Source of the DNA: a gamma proteobacterium SCGC AAA076-P13
GTDB taxonomy: Bacteria; Pseudomonadota; Gammaproteobacteria; Magnimaribacterales; D2472
Direction: 5' to 3'
Length of the DNA stretch: 64,000 bases
Assembly: GCA_000384935.1 (NCBI GenBank)
Contig: ARRA01000002.1
Span: 191,700-255,699, forward strand
Shown: one piece after another, positions 28,846 to 38,907 of the stretch
Position numbering within the stretch: the stretch's first letter is position 1
Layout: every line of letters begins with the position of its first letter
Notes under the pieces: generated by a model
The model's database searches: none
What the model was told of the DNA's origin: nothing
The model's input: the letters and a program-made list of their open reading frames with translations, nothing else
Translations under genes and position numbers: made by a program

Positions 28846-29931
28846 TTATTTAGGCATACTCTCAACATAAAGTGATGTTGATGGGTATGCAAATTCTGAA
28901 TTATTAGCTTTAACAATTTTCATAATATTAAATATCAGATTTTCTTTCACTTCATTGTATGCTGCAAAGCCCACTGGGTCTGAGTAGGCAACAATTAAAA
29001 TATCAATAGAACTAGCACCTAACTCAATAACCCTTACTACTGGATCTAAGTCAGGATCAGATACAAAGTCGTCACTATTAATAATATATTCCTTGATTTC
29101 TGTTCGTATTGATTCTAATTGCTCAACAGAGGTAGAGTAGATCAAATTGATTTTCCAATTTAGTCTTCTGTTAATCATATCTCCGTGATTAACAACTTTT
29201 ACATCAGATAGGTCTTTATTTGGTATTGTCATTGGTGCAGTATCAAATGTTCTTATGACTGTTGATCTAAAACCAATTGTCTCAACTATCCCATGAAGTT
29301 GTCCTGATACCTCTATACGATCACCTGGTTGAAATCTATGTTCACCAATTATAAGAATTCCAGCTATTAAGTTTTTAAAGAAATCTTGAGCTCCAAGAGC
29401 AACTGCTACAGAAAAAAGGCCCAGACCAGCTACTAATGGACCAATTTGAATACCAAAAATATCTAATATTATTGCTATACCAATTACCCAAACTAAGAAA
29501 CGTGATGCTCTTTCTAACCACATTTGCATTGATGCAGTAAGCCAAGCGCTAGTAGATAGAGCAACAAAAATAGGCTTTACAGCATTAGAAAGGGCACTAA
29601 AAATAGTAAAAATGACAAAGGCTTTGACAATGTTTGTAGCAATATCTCCAACAAGGCCCTCAATAGGTAAGATTAATGTGCATAAATAAAAGGCAACCGT
29701 AACGGGGATGAGTCCTATTGGTTTACGAAGCGCACCCAGTATCTCATCATCAATTTTTGACTCTGTCTTATCAGCTAGCCTAGCTAATGCATTTAATATT
29801 ACAGAAATAACAAAACCTCTGAATAAAAATGCTATTAAAATAACTGCTAGCGAGGATATTATTGAGCCTAGGTCTATTCCCAGAAAACCTCTATTCCAAA
29901 CCTGACTAACCAGTTCTAAAAAATTGTCCAT
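28846..29931 (-). CDS. mscS: Small-conductance mechanosensitive channel family protein
   Basis: GLGLFSVAVALGAQD..NLIAG, GIVETIGFRST, FAYPS. Confidence 0.9.
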   Translation of the reverse strand: MDNFLELVSQVWNRGFLGIDLGSIISSLAVILIAFLFRGFVISVILNALARLADKTESKIDDEILGALRKPIGLIPVTVAFYLCTLILPIEGLVGDIATNIVKAFVIFTIFSALSNAVKPIFVALSTSAWLTASMQMWLERASRFLVWVIGIAIILDIFGIQIGPLVAGLGLFSVAVALGAQDFFKNLIAGILIIGEHRFQPGDRIEVSGQLHGIVETIGFRSTVIRTFDTAPMTIPNKDLSDVKVVNHGDMINRRLNWKINLIYSTSVEQLESIRTEIKEYIINSDDFVSDPDLDPVVRVIELGASSIDILIVAYSDPVGFAAYNEVKENLIFNIMKIVKANNSEFAYPSTSLYVESMPK

Positions 29932-29996
29932 ATTTAATATTCCATTTTAATTATATTAAAAATCTTTTTGCCATATTAAGCAAAACTTATTTGATA

Positions 29997-30725
29997 CTAT
30001 TTAGCCAACTTATCTTTGATAGCATATGGTATATATATTAAATAGAACATTGCTATTGCAAGTGGTGTAGTGATTAAAAGATGAAGGGGAGGCTCTGGAA
30101 ATGCATCCATTAAGCTTGCGCCAGCAGGTTTTGCAATTAAGTACCAATAATTTGTAGGCTGCACTTCACCTTTAAAATTTATAAAGTCTCCAAGAGCAAG
30201 ATTGATTAAATAGATAGCAGGCAGAAGAACAAAGGCTGTTATTGCAGAGACAGTTAATATATCTTTTGCATAAGGACGGTTTCCAAGAGATATTGTTGCA
30301 TACATAATTCCTATTACAATCATTCCGTGACCTATCATAAAAAATGCATAATCAAGATCAATAACTGGAATATCTGGGGTAATGATTGCCATAGATGCTC
30401 CAGCTAATCCCCAAAAAAATGCACATTTATAAAGAATTTTTGGACCACCTAAAAGAAAAGCTGCTAAGAAAATTTCAGATAAATCACACATATGTATTGG
30501 TAAAATTTCTTTCCAGTTATAAGGATTTTGAAGAAGGTATAAATCTTTATAAGGTGAAATAATTACATGCAACAAGATAATAAAAGCAATAATTTTAGAA
30601 ATTAATGACTTGTTTGATATAGATTGATTTTTACAAACCAAAGGAAGAAATACAGCAACTAAAACAATTATAGCCATTGTTATTAAATGAACATTTCCAA
30701 AAAGTATAAAAGGACTAGCATTCAT
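29997..30725 (-). CDS. YwaF/TMEM164-family integral membrane protein
   Basis: LPIHMCD, TPD, GHG and NYWYL..KP motifs. Confidence 0.8.
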   Translation of the reverse strand: MNASPFILFGNVHLITMAIIVLVAVFLPLVCKNQSISNKSLISKIIAFIILLHVIISPYKDLYLLQNPYNWKEILPIHMCDLSEIFLAAFLLGGPKILYKCAFFWGLAGASMAIITPDIPVIDLDYAFFMIGHGMIVIGIMYATISLGNRPYAKDILTVSAITAFVLLPAIYLINLALGDFINFKGEVQPTNYWYLIAKPAGASLMDAFPEPPLHLLITTPLAIAMFYLIYIPYAIKDKLAK

Positions 30726-30808
30726 ACCATCTCTCCCAAAAATAATAATATTTATAATTTGTATTATAAATGTTTTTAAATATTATCTCCAAAAAACAAG
30801 GAAAGGAT

Positions 30809-32788
30809 TTATTGGCTTATTATATCTAGAACAAGATTTTCAGTAAGAATGGCTGGTAAAAGTATAGACTCATCCATTCCTGGCCTCCAAAATACATAAA
30901 GAGGCACTCCGCTTCTTCCATATGTATTCAGAACTTTTAATATTTCTTTGTCTCTATTAGTCCAATCAGCAACGACATATTTGATATTATTGCTCTCCAT
31001 GAAATCCACAACAGATGGTCTTGAAAGGGCAATTTTGTCGTTTGCCTGACAGGTAATACACCATGCAGCAGTGAAGTTAATTAAATAAGCCTGGTCGTTT
31101 TCTTTAAATGTATCTTCTATATTTAAATTCCATGAGAGCTTGTTGCTGGTATTTTTTGCTTGAACGACATCGCTAATCTCAGTATTTTTTATTGTATATA
31201 ATTGGTTTGTTGTAATGAGAAGCCCAATTAAAATTATTAATATTTTTATGTATTTAATTGTTAATTTGCTAAATACCCAAAAAAGTAGACTTATCATAAG
31301 GAGGCTAATTAGTAAGTTTATTAATGCATCCGCCCCAGCTTGAATACTAAAAACCCATATTAACCATAGTGATGTTGCAAACATTGGAAAAGCAAAGAAC
31401 TCTTTTAAAGTCTCCATCCATTGACCTGGTTTTGGAAGTGCTGAAATTAGCTCAGGTCTTACTGATAGTATTAAGTACGGAATACAAAAACCTAACCCAA
31501 GTGATATAAAGATAGGTAATGTTACAAAAGATGGTTGAATTAATGCATAACCTATTGCCGCTCCCATGAATGGTGCAGTGCATGGAGATGCAACAATTAC
31601 AGCTAAAACTCCAGTTAAAAAAGAACTCGAATAATCTGTTTTATTAGATCCCACATTACCAAGTCTGGTTAGCGATGCTCCGATATTAATATCCGATAGC
31701 AGAACAAGACCAATCATAAACATTAATATGCTTAAGGTAGCAACTATAATAGGTGACTGTAATTGAAAGCCCCAACCTATAAATAAACCACTATTTTTTA
31801 AAACCAACAAAATAACAGCAATAGCCACAAATGACAAAATGACGCCAAGAGAAAATAGCAATGAGTGATTTCTTATTTTATTTTTTGATTCACCGCCCAT
31901 AGAAATAAAACTTAATACTTTAAGAGATATGATGGGAAATACGCAGGGCATTAGGTTTAAGATTAATCCTCCTAAAAATGCAAAAAGAATTGCGGAAAGA
32001 ACTGAAAGTGTCTCAGGTGATTCATCTACCTGCGATAATGAGGTACTAATAATAAATGACTCATCATTAACATTTAAAATACCCTCAATAGATTTCGGTG
32101 TATTGATATCCTCATTTAGTGGAACTATGAGCAACCAATTATTTTCTTCTTTTATTAGAGTCTGTTCACTTGCATGAAGAACCGTGTCTCTTTGGTTAAT
32201 ATAAAAATATATTTCTTCAACATCTTGATTGAATGAAAACCTCAATTCTAGATTATTATTTTTAAGGGTTGGTAAGACTGGTAAAGTGGTTGATGGTAAT
32301 TCATTGAACGCGTCATCAAGTCTAGAGTCATATAACAAGTCAGCATAGGACGTTTCTATGACGGCTCTTTCTGGGACGCATATATCATCACAAATAAGGA
32401 AATCTATATCGGCTATAAATCTCTCTGTCTCACTGCCTTGCGGAATCTTTATTTTTATTGGAAATATAACAAAATTTTCATAGCCATATGTCATTAATGG
32501 TGGGTATGGAATTAAGCTGGGTGTAGGCCATAAAATAGTGCCTATTTCGAAACTTTCAGGAACATCCCATGTAATCTCTACAGGTCCACCTGAGTCTCCA
32601 GGGTTTTTCCAATAGGTATGCCAATGATTTTGCATATCCATCTTGATGCCAATAATTAATTCATTTGCAGCAGTTTGATTGATGGAACTCTTTACAATAG
32701 AAACTTCAGCATGTCCTGTGCTTATGGTATTAGCAAATATAAAGTTCGAGCAAGTAACTAGCAGCAAACAAAGTTTAATTATTTTCAT
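30809..32788 (-). CDS. dsbD: Protein-disulfide reductase DsbD family
   Basis: WHTYWKNPGDSG, CDDIC, LNLMPCVFP, SPCTAP, WCITC; start ATG 32788 or 32797. Confidence 0.88.
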   Translation of the reverse strand: MKIIKLCLLLVTCSNFIFANTISTGHAEVSIVKSSINQTAANELIIGIKMDMQNHWHTYWKNPGDSGGPVEITWDVPESFEIGTILWPTPSLIPYPPLMTYGYENFVIFPIKIKIPQGSETERFIADIDFLICDDICVPERAVIETSYADLLYDSRLDDAFNELPSTTLPVLPTLKNNNLELRFSFNQDVEEIYFYINQRDTVLHASEQTLIKEENNWLLIVPLNEDINTPKSIEGILNVNDESFIISTSLSQVDESPETLSVLSAILFAFLGGLILNLMPCVFPIISLKVLSFISMGGESKNKIRNHSLLFSLGVILSFVAIAVILLVLKNSGLFIGWGFQLQSPIIVATLSILMFMIGLVLLSDINIGASLTRLGNVGSNKTDYSSSFLTGVLAVIVASPCTAPFMGAAIGYALIQPSFVTLPIFISLGLGFCIPYLILSVRPELISALPKPGQWMETLKEFFAFPMFATSLWLIWVFSIQAGADALINLLISLLMISLLFWVFSKLTIKYIKILIILIGLLITTNQLYTIKNTEISDVVQAKNTSNKLSWNLNIEDTFKENDQAYLINFTAAWCITCQANDKIALSRPSVVDFMESNNIKYVVADWTNRDKEILKVLNTYGRSGVPLYVFWRPGMDESILLPAILTENLVLDIISQ

Positions 32789-32813
32789 ATAAAACATTTT
32801 ACCTTATGAATTG

Positions 32814-32839
32814 AAAAGGGGCGCTTTTTGCGCCCCCTT
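32814..32839 (-). terminator. Intrinsic terminator after ibpA
   Basis: GGGGCGC-AAAAA-GCGCCCC-TTTT on the minus strand. Confidence 0.75.
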
Positions 32840-32856
32840 AAACATATTTAAAAAAT

Positions 32857-33309
32857 CTATTTGTTACTAATTCTTTTTGGAGATTTAATCTCAATTTTTT
32901 TAGATTTTTTTTCTTCTGGGATTATCTTTTCTAAATTGATAGTCAAAAGTCCATTTATTAATTCCGCACCTTGAACAATGACATCCTCTGAAAGAGTAAA
33001 TTGTTGTTTAAAAGCTCTTTGTGCTATACCTTGATATACAACTTCATTCGTTCCATTCACTACTTCAGTTTTAGCTCCATCATAACTTATAGAAAGCACT
33101 CCATTTGCGAGCTCAACATCAATATCTTCTTTTGTAAGGCCTGCAACAGCAATTTCAATTGAAAAAAAGTTACCATCTTTTCTAATATTGTATGGGGGGT
33201 AGTTTGAAGATCTGTCTGTTGATTCAGATAGCCTTTGCAATCTATCAAATAGTGGTTCAAATCCTAGTACTCTTGTTGTAAACAACGGATCAGTAAAATT
33301 AAGTATCAT
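32857..33309 (-). CDS. ibpA: Small heat shock protein Hsp20 (IbpA-type)
   Basis: NYPPYNI, IAVAG, YQGIAQRAF, NGLLTI, IPEEKK. Confidence 0.93.
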   Translation of the reverse strand: MILNFTDPLFTTRVLGFEPLFDRLQRLSESTDRSSNYPPYNIRKDGNFFSIEIAVAGLTKEDIDVELANGVLSISYDGAKTEVVNGTNEVVYQGIAQRAFKQQFTLSEDVIVQGAELINGLLTINLEKIIPEEKKSKKIEIKSPKRISNK

Positions 33310-33390
33310 AATAGTCCTCCTTTATAAGCGACTGTTAGTAGCACCCCGAAGGCATGCTTATTAAAATATGGAAACCCAAATGGCATTTCC
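33310..33390 (-). promoter_or_regulatory. ROSE-like RNA thermometer in the ibpA 5' UTR
   Basis: Two upstream hairpins, then UCGCU-UAUAA-AGGAGG, the U(U/C)GCU:AGGA ROSE signature over the SD. Confidence 0.65.
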
Positions 33391-33401
33391 TTACAACTAA
33401 G

Positions 33402-33427
33402 TTATGGTCATTTATAGTTTTTACAAG
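33402..33427 (-). promoter_or_regulatory. Sigma32-like heat-shock promoter of ibpA
   Basis: CTTGTA-N14-CCATAA on the minus strand. Confidence 0.55.
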
Positions 33428-33500
33428 TGCATTCGGACTAGTTTCTTTATTCTGCTAAAATATTGGTGAAACTTTAATGAATAACTTTGGTCAAACCTAT

Positions 33501-33905
33501 ATGAATAAAATATTACTAACTCTTGCTTCGATGTTACTTTTGCCAGTATTAATTTCAGAAGAAACTAAAATACAAAAACCGGCTCTAGGAGATATTTGGC
33601 AGTTAGAAACTAGAAGTAGTAGATTATCTAATTCTGGTAGTGAGGTTTTATATTATTTGCCAAGCGATGCATATAATACTTACAGAGCTAGAAAATTTAA
33701 TGACTGGGATGAATTTTCAGCTGTAGATTCTCGTGATATTGAAAAACTTAATACTGGATATAAAATACAACTCATAGAATCAAAATTTAATTCTAAAATT
33801 TATAAAGTTAAGTTGCTTGATGGTATGAATAAAAATAGAAACTACTTTATGATCGCAGAAGAGCTGGAACGTAATTATAAATTTATGGAGAATATCGATG
33901 AATAA
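33501..33905 (+). CDS. Hypothetical exported protein
   Basis: Signal-peptide-like N-terminus from ATG 33501 (alternative start 33477); overlaps the next gene. Confidence 0.7.
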   Translation: MNKILLTLASMLLLPVLISEETKIQKPALGDIWQLETRSSRLSNSGSEVLYYLPSDAYNTYRARKFNDWDEFSAVDSRDIEKLNTGYKIQLIESKFNSKIYKVKLLDGMNKNRNYFMIAEELERNYKFMENIDE

Positions 33906-34359
33906 AAACATATTAACCCTATTGATGGTTTCAATTTTTGCAGCCAGTTGTGTAAATACCTCTTTTGCCCCTGATGTTGTTTCAAGAGGTGATGCACAAA
34001 AACAACAGTACGTTGTTTTGGGTAAGGTTATAGATATAACTGAAGTGGTTATCGAAGGTGATAGACAAAAAGGAGCAGTTGCTGGAGCTCTAATTGGTGG
34101 TGTTGCTGGAAAGGGAGTAACAGAATCAGAGACTGAATCTGATATAGCTTCATTAATTGGTGGCCTGATTGGGTCTGCGGCGGGCGCAGAAATAGGCTCT
34201 AAAATAACAAAAAAAAATGCAATAGAATTGCTTATAGAAACAGATGCTGGAAAACTTATATCCATCATTCAAGAAACTAGTTCATATAATTTTTCAAAAA
34301 ACCAAAAGGTAAGAATTATTAAACGAAATGGTAAATCAAGAGTCGTACCATTTGACTAA
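33898..34359 (+). CDS. slyB: Outer membrane lipoprotein, SlyB/glycine-zipper family
   Basis: Lipobox AASC and glycine zipper GALIGGVAG...GGLIGSAAG. Confidence 0.8.
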   Translation: MNKNILTLLMVSIFAASCVNTSFAPDVVSRGDAQKQQYVVLGKVIDITEVVIEGDRQKGAVAGALIGGVAGKGVTESETESDIASLIGGLIGSAAGAEIGSKITKKNAIELLIETDAGKLISIIQETSSYNFSKNQKVRIIKRNGKSRVVPFD

Positions 34360-34800
34360 ATGACTTTAGAAATAGAATCAAATATTTATAACAAAGCTCT
34401 GGATATTATCTCAAGAAGGGAGCATTCTGAAAAAGAGCTAGAAAATAAACTGTTAAAAAAATTTGAGTCCCCTGACGAAATCTATTCGGTTATTGAAAGG
34501 CTAAAAATAAATAACCTTGTTAACAATGAGCGCTATGCAGAAATGTATGCTCGTATAAGAAAAAGAAAAGGTTTTGGACCAAAGAGGATTGGTTATGAGC
34601 TATCTAGCAGGGGTATAAATGACTCCATATCATCTGGAGCTCTTAATGAAGTTGGCGGTTGGAAGGATGCGGCTCTAGAAGCGTTTAATAAAAAGTATAG
34701 AGATGGTGTTGCTAGTGACTTTAAAAGCAAATCAAAGCAAAAAGTTTTTTTACAAAATAGGGGCTTTAGTTTTCAAGAAATTGACTCAGTTTTTAGCTAG
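34360..34800 (+). CDS. recX: Regulatory protein RecX
   Basis: SRREHSEKEL, NERYAE, GFGPKRI, FLQNRGF. Confidence 0.93.
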   Translation: MTLEIESNIYNKALDIISRREHSEKELENKLLKKFESPDEIYSVIERLKINNLVNNERYAEMYARIRKRKGFGPKRIGYELSSRGINDSISSGALNEVGGWKDAALEAFNKKYRDGVASDFKSKSKQKVFLQNRGFSFQEIDSVFS

Positions 34801-34821
34801 GTCATGTTATGATTTAGCGCT

Positions 34822-36441
34822 ATGTCCTATGAGGTTTTAGCAAGAAAATACAGACCAGCAAACTTTGAAGAAGTTGTAGGCCAAGAGCATATTGTTCAAG
34901 CCATATCTAACGGCATTTCTCAAGAAAGAATACATCAATCATATATTTTCTCCGGCACAAGAGGTGTTGGAAAAACGACTCTTGCAAGAATTTTAGCTAA
35001 ATGTTTGAATTGCCTTTCTTCTGAGAATCCCACTTCAAAACCTTGTGATGGATGCACAAATTGTAATGAAATAAAATCAGGCCGAAATCTAGATTTTCTT
35101 GAAATTGATGCTGCTTCCAAGACTGGAATAGATGATATGAGAGATCTGTTAGAAACTGTTCCTCAGTCACCATCGAGTGGGAGATATAAAGTTTATTTAA
35201 TAGACGAGGTGCATATGCTATCTAAAAGTAGTTTTAATGCACTTTTAAAAACATTGGAAGAACCTCCTTCTCATGTTGTATTTATATTTGCGACAACAAA
35301 TCCAGAAAAAATACCAAAAACAGTTCAATCAAGATGCCTGCAACTTAATCTCAAAACTGTTGGAGGATCAACTCTTACCAATCATCTTCAAAAAATTATT
35401 GAATTAGAAGATATTTCTTATGATCAAGAAAGTATTGAACTTATTGCATCTTCAGCATCTGGATCTGTTAGAGATGCCTTAACGCTTCTTGATCAAGCAA
35501 TAGCTCATGGAAATGGCATTCTAGATTCAAATAACGTTAATAAGTTATTAGGAACAATAGATAATACACTTTTGATTTCTTTGTTAGATTCTATTATTGA
35601 TGGACGCGGCGAAGAAGCATTTAATTATTTATATAAAATTGAAGAATTATCTCCAGAATATGAAGTAATTTTAAAGAATATTATTTCAATAATTCATCAA
35701 ATATCACTTCATCAGGTTCTAGGAGACTCAAAAGACCAATCAATACAAGCGTTAGCCAATAAAATTGATGCTGAGTTTTGTCAATTGCTGTATGAGATAA
35801 CTGTAAATGCGTATTCAAAATTTAGCGTTCATCCCAATGGAAAAGAGGCACTAGAAATATGCATACTAAGAATGCTTGCTTTTAATCCACTTCATAAAAT
35901 AGAAGAAAGCGGTGTTAAGAAAGCCCCCATAGCTGGTGAAAAAAAAACTTTAAAAATTGATACTGTTAAAGTACAAAATATTAAAGAAGATAAATTAGAA
36001 TCAGAAAATCAGATATCGCAAGATAAGATACCTAGTTCTTCAGGTAATCAGGCACTAAAAATTACTACAAAAGATGAATGGATTATTTTTTTTAATACTT
36101 TAGATTTAAGCCCTTTTGCTAGAAATTATTTTGGATACCTATCTTTTAAGGAACTATCTGGAAATATTCTGACTTTAAATACTAATGATGAAGAAAACAG
36201 TATTCCTGAGAATGTTTTTAAAGAATTTAATTTGATCTGTAGAGAAAAACTAGAATCCGATATTGAGATAAAAATTGAGCATGGTGACACCTCATCATCG
36301 CCAATAAATTTAAAAAATAAACAACAAGCTGACACTCAAAATATAGCTGAAAAATCTATTTCTTCAAATCAATCGATTCAAAACTTTCTAAAAAAACATA
36401 ATGGAAATATCGATGAGGGCTCAATAAAGCCAAGAGGATAA
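34822..36441 (+). CDS. dnaX: DNA polymerase III subunit gamma/tau
   Basis: LARKYRP, GTRGVGKT, IDEVHML, FNALLKTLEEPP. Confidence 0.97.
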   Translation: MSYEVLARKYRPANFEEVVGQEHIVQAISNGISQERIHQSYIFSGTRGVGKTTLARILAKCLNCLSSENPTSKPCDGCTNCNEIKSGRNLDFLEIDAASKTGIDDMRDLLETVPQSPSSGRYKVYLIDEVHMLSKSSFNALLKTLEEPPSHVVFIFATTNPEKIPKTVQSRCLQLNLKTVGGSTLTNHLQKIIELEDISYDQESIELIASSASGSVRDALTLLDQAIAHGNGILDSNNVNKLLGTIDNTLLISLLDSIIDGRGEEAFNYLYKIEELSPEYEVILKNIISIIHQISLHQVLGDSKDQSIQALANKIDAEFCQLLYEITVNAYSKFSVHPNGKEALEICILRMLAFNPLHKIEESGVKKAPIAGEKKTLKIDTVKVQNIKEDKLESENQISQDKIPSSSGNQALKITTKDEWIIFFNTLDLSPFARNYFGYLSFKELSGNILTLNTNDEENSIPENVFKEFNLICREKLESDIEIKIEHGDTSSSPINLKNKQQADTQNIAEKSISSNQSIQNFLKKHNGNIDEGSIKPRG

Positions 36442-36442
36442 A

Positions 36443-37039
36443 ATGCATCAAGACTTATTAAATGACTTAATTAATGCTCTAACCATTCTTCCTGGTGTTG
36501 GTAAAAAGTCTGCTCAAAGAATGGCATTATATTTGCTCGATAAAAATAAAGATGGAGCAGGTATCCTTGCCAAGACAATGCAGGAGGCCGTAGAAGAAAT
36601 CAGTAGGTGTGAAAGATGTAGAATGCTTACATCTAATGACTTATGTAAAATATGTGCAGACACATCTCGTGATGAGGATAGTATATGTGTTGTTGAAAGC
36701 CCTTCAGATGTTCTCGCAATAGAATCAACAGGAGGTTTTAGAGGTAAATATTTTGTTTTGCTTGGAAGACTCTCCCCTATAGAAGGAGTTAGTCCTGAAG
36801 ATCTAGGAATTAATGATTTTCTAAACTTAATTGCTAAAGAGCAAACAAAAGAGGTAATCCTTGCAACAAGCTCAACAGTAGAGGGGGATGCAACCGCAAT
36901 GTTTATAAAAGATCATATCAATAATATTAAAGTTTCTAGGATATCTTATGGTATTCCTATAGGTGGAGAGTTAGAGTACGTTGATGGAAATACTATTGCT
37001 AGAGCGATTCAAGGGAGAACAGAAATAAATGACGATTAA
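36443..37039 (+). CDS. recR: Recombination mediator RecR
   Basis: [12 protein letters not shown]4 zinc finger, Toprim domain, [12 protein letters not shown]. Confidence 0.97.
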   Translation: MHQDLLNDLINALTILPGVGKKSAQRMALYLLDKNKDGAGILAKTMQEAVEEISRCERCRMLTSNDLCKICADTSRDEDSICVVESPSDVLAIESTGGFRGKYFVLLGRLSPIEGVSPEDLGINDFLNLIAKEQTKEVILATSSTVEGDATAMFIKDHINNIKVSRISYGIPIGGELEYVDGNTIARAIQGRTEINDD

Positions 37040-37598
37040 ATCAGATAAGTGGATTACCAAAATGTCTGCTGAGCATAAAATGATAGAGCCTTTCTCAAAA
37101 AACCAAGTAAGGCTTGATGAGAATGGCCAAAAACTAATTTCATATGGGGTGTCTAGTTATGGATATGATGTCAGATGCTCTAGCGAGTTTAAGGTTTTCA
37201 CAAATATACATTCAGCTGTTGTTGATCCGAAATTCTTTGACGAAAAAAGTTTTGTAGATATCCAATCCGATGTATGCGTTATTCCACCAAACTCTTTTGC
37301 ATTAGCAAGAACCGTCGAGTATTTTAGAATACCTAGAAACGTGCTTACTATATGCCTTGGCAAATCTACTTATGCAAGATGTGGAATTATTGTAAATGTA
37401 ACTCCTCTTGAACCTGAATGGGAAGGGCATGTAACTCTTGAATTCTCAAATACAACGAATTTGCCTGCTAAGATTTATGCAGGCGAAGGTGTCGCCCAAA
37501 TGTTATTTTTTGAATCGGATGAAGAGTGCGAAACAAGTTACAAAGATAGAGATGGTAAGTACCAAGGCCAAACTGGCGTTACATTACCCAAAACTTAA
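37029..37598 (+). CDS. dcd: dCTP deaminase
   Basis: [28 protein letters not shown]. Confidence 0.97.
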   Translation: MTIKSDKWITKMSAEHKMIEPFSKNQVRLDENGQKLISYGVSSYGYDVRCSSEFKVFTNIHSAVVDPKFFDEKSFVDIQSDVCVIPPNSFALARTVEYFRIPRNVLTICLGKSTYARCGIIVNVTPLEPEWEGHVTLEFSNTTNLPAKIYAGEGVAQMLFFESDEECETSYKDRDGKYQGQTGVTLPKT

Positions 37599-38267
37599 TA
37601 TTTCTATAAGTTCTAAGGTTTGATTTCTATCTTTTCCCGTATCCACTATCTTGAGAAACATAAAATTTAAATCTGGTGCGATGTAATAGATTGTTTCTCT
37701 ATCATCTGTTTTTCTTATCCTCTTTAAAATAATACATTCGTAATCGATCTCATTAAAAGTATAAATATCTTTTCCTGTAACCTCGTAAAAATTTTTTTCT
37801 ACTTTGCCCGATTCTATTTCTAAAAGATCTATGGAAAACTTATTAAGACCAGATATTAGGTTAATCCTGATCTTAATTTGAGCATTTAATGGATCAAGTA
37901 TCTCTCTATTTATATCAAATTCTTCTTTCCACTCTTCTCTTCCAGTTGATTGAATAGTATTACCTGTGTAATCAAATGCAATATCTTGATCTCTATTAAC
38001 AAAACGAGGTTTTACTCTAATTGTGTAACTGTTAGTTTTTAGAACCCCTTCATTAATATTAAATTCTGAGCCAATCATCATGCTTGCTAGCAAGTTTTTA
38101 GCCTTGAAATTGAATGAATATTTACCATCATTTATTTCAAGCTTTCTAATTCCCTTAATTGAAATCTCATCTGATGTATAAAAATATTTAGCAGAGTACT
38201 CATTGATTGATTCTGCGTTTATATTAAAAAAAGCAAAAATTAATAAAAAGATTAAATTAAATTTCAT
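37584..38267 (-). CDS. Exported protein, DUF3108-like
   Basis: Signal peptide; position downstream of purN matches the usual gammaproteobacterial arrangement. Confidence 0.7.
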   Translation of the reverse strand: MKFNLIFLLIFAFFNINAESINEYSAKYFYTSDEISIKGIRKLEINDGKYSFNFKAKNLLASMMIGSEFNINEGVLKTNSYTIRVKPRFVNRDQDIAFDYTGNTIQSTGREEWKEEFDINREILDPLNAQIKIRINLISGLNKFSIDLLEIESGKVEKNFYEVTGKDIYTFNEIDYECIILKRIRKTDDRETIYYIAPDLNFMFLKIVDTGKDRNQTLELIEILSFG

Positions 38268-38904
38268 AAGAATTACAAATGTATCCTCTTGGATGACTAT
38301 TATTTTTAAAATTCACATTACCATTTTCCATATATATTTCATTTTTACAGATAAGATTTATTATTTTAGGATAAATAACATGCTCAACTCGATGGATTCT
38401 ATTAATTAATTCTTCGATATCCGCATGGGTATTAACATCAATTCTTCCTTGAGCAATTATAGGGCCAGCGTCTAACTCTGGTGAGACATAATGTATCGTA
38501 ACACCATGAAATATATCTTGATTTTTTACTACCTTGCTATGAGTATTCAATCCTGGATATTTTGGTAAAAGAGATGGATGTATGTTTATTATTTTTCCAT
38601 AGAAATGATCTGCTGTTTTCTTACTAAGTATTTTCATAAAGCCAGCCAATACAATCAAATCAGCTTCAATCTCCATTAAGGAGCTGAACAATGCTTTATC
38701 AAATTCTTCTCTGGAATCAAAAGAATCATCACTAATTATTTTTGTCGTTATGCCTGCTTTCATAGCTCGTTGAATGCCATAGGCATTTTCTTTATTGCTA
38801 ATAACACTTACTATTTCGCCATCAATATTGCCAGATTTACACGAATCGATAATGGCCTGTAAGTTAGAACCATTACCAGAGATCAAAATAATAATTTTTT
38901 TCAT
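38257..38904 (-). CDS. purN: Phosphoribosylglycinamide formyltransferase
   Basis: ISGNGSNLQA, LAGFMKIL, NIHPSLLP. Confidence 0.97.
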   Translation of the reverse strand: MKKIIILISGNGSNLQAIIDSCKSGNIDGEIVSVISNKENAYGIQRAMKAGITTKIISDDSFDSREEFDKALFSSLMEIEADLIVLAGFMKILSKKTADHFYGKIINIHPSLLPKYPGLNTHSKVVKNQDIFHGVTIHYVSPELDAGPIIAQGRIDVNTHADIEELINRIHRVEHVIYPKIINLICKNEIYMENGNVNFKNNSHPRGYICNSYEI

Positions 38905-38907
38905 TAT

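Noticed and set aside
33780-34268. 162-aa minus-strand ORF
   Set aside because: It is antisense to the slyB-like lipoprotein gene, with no recognisable motif.
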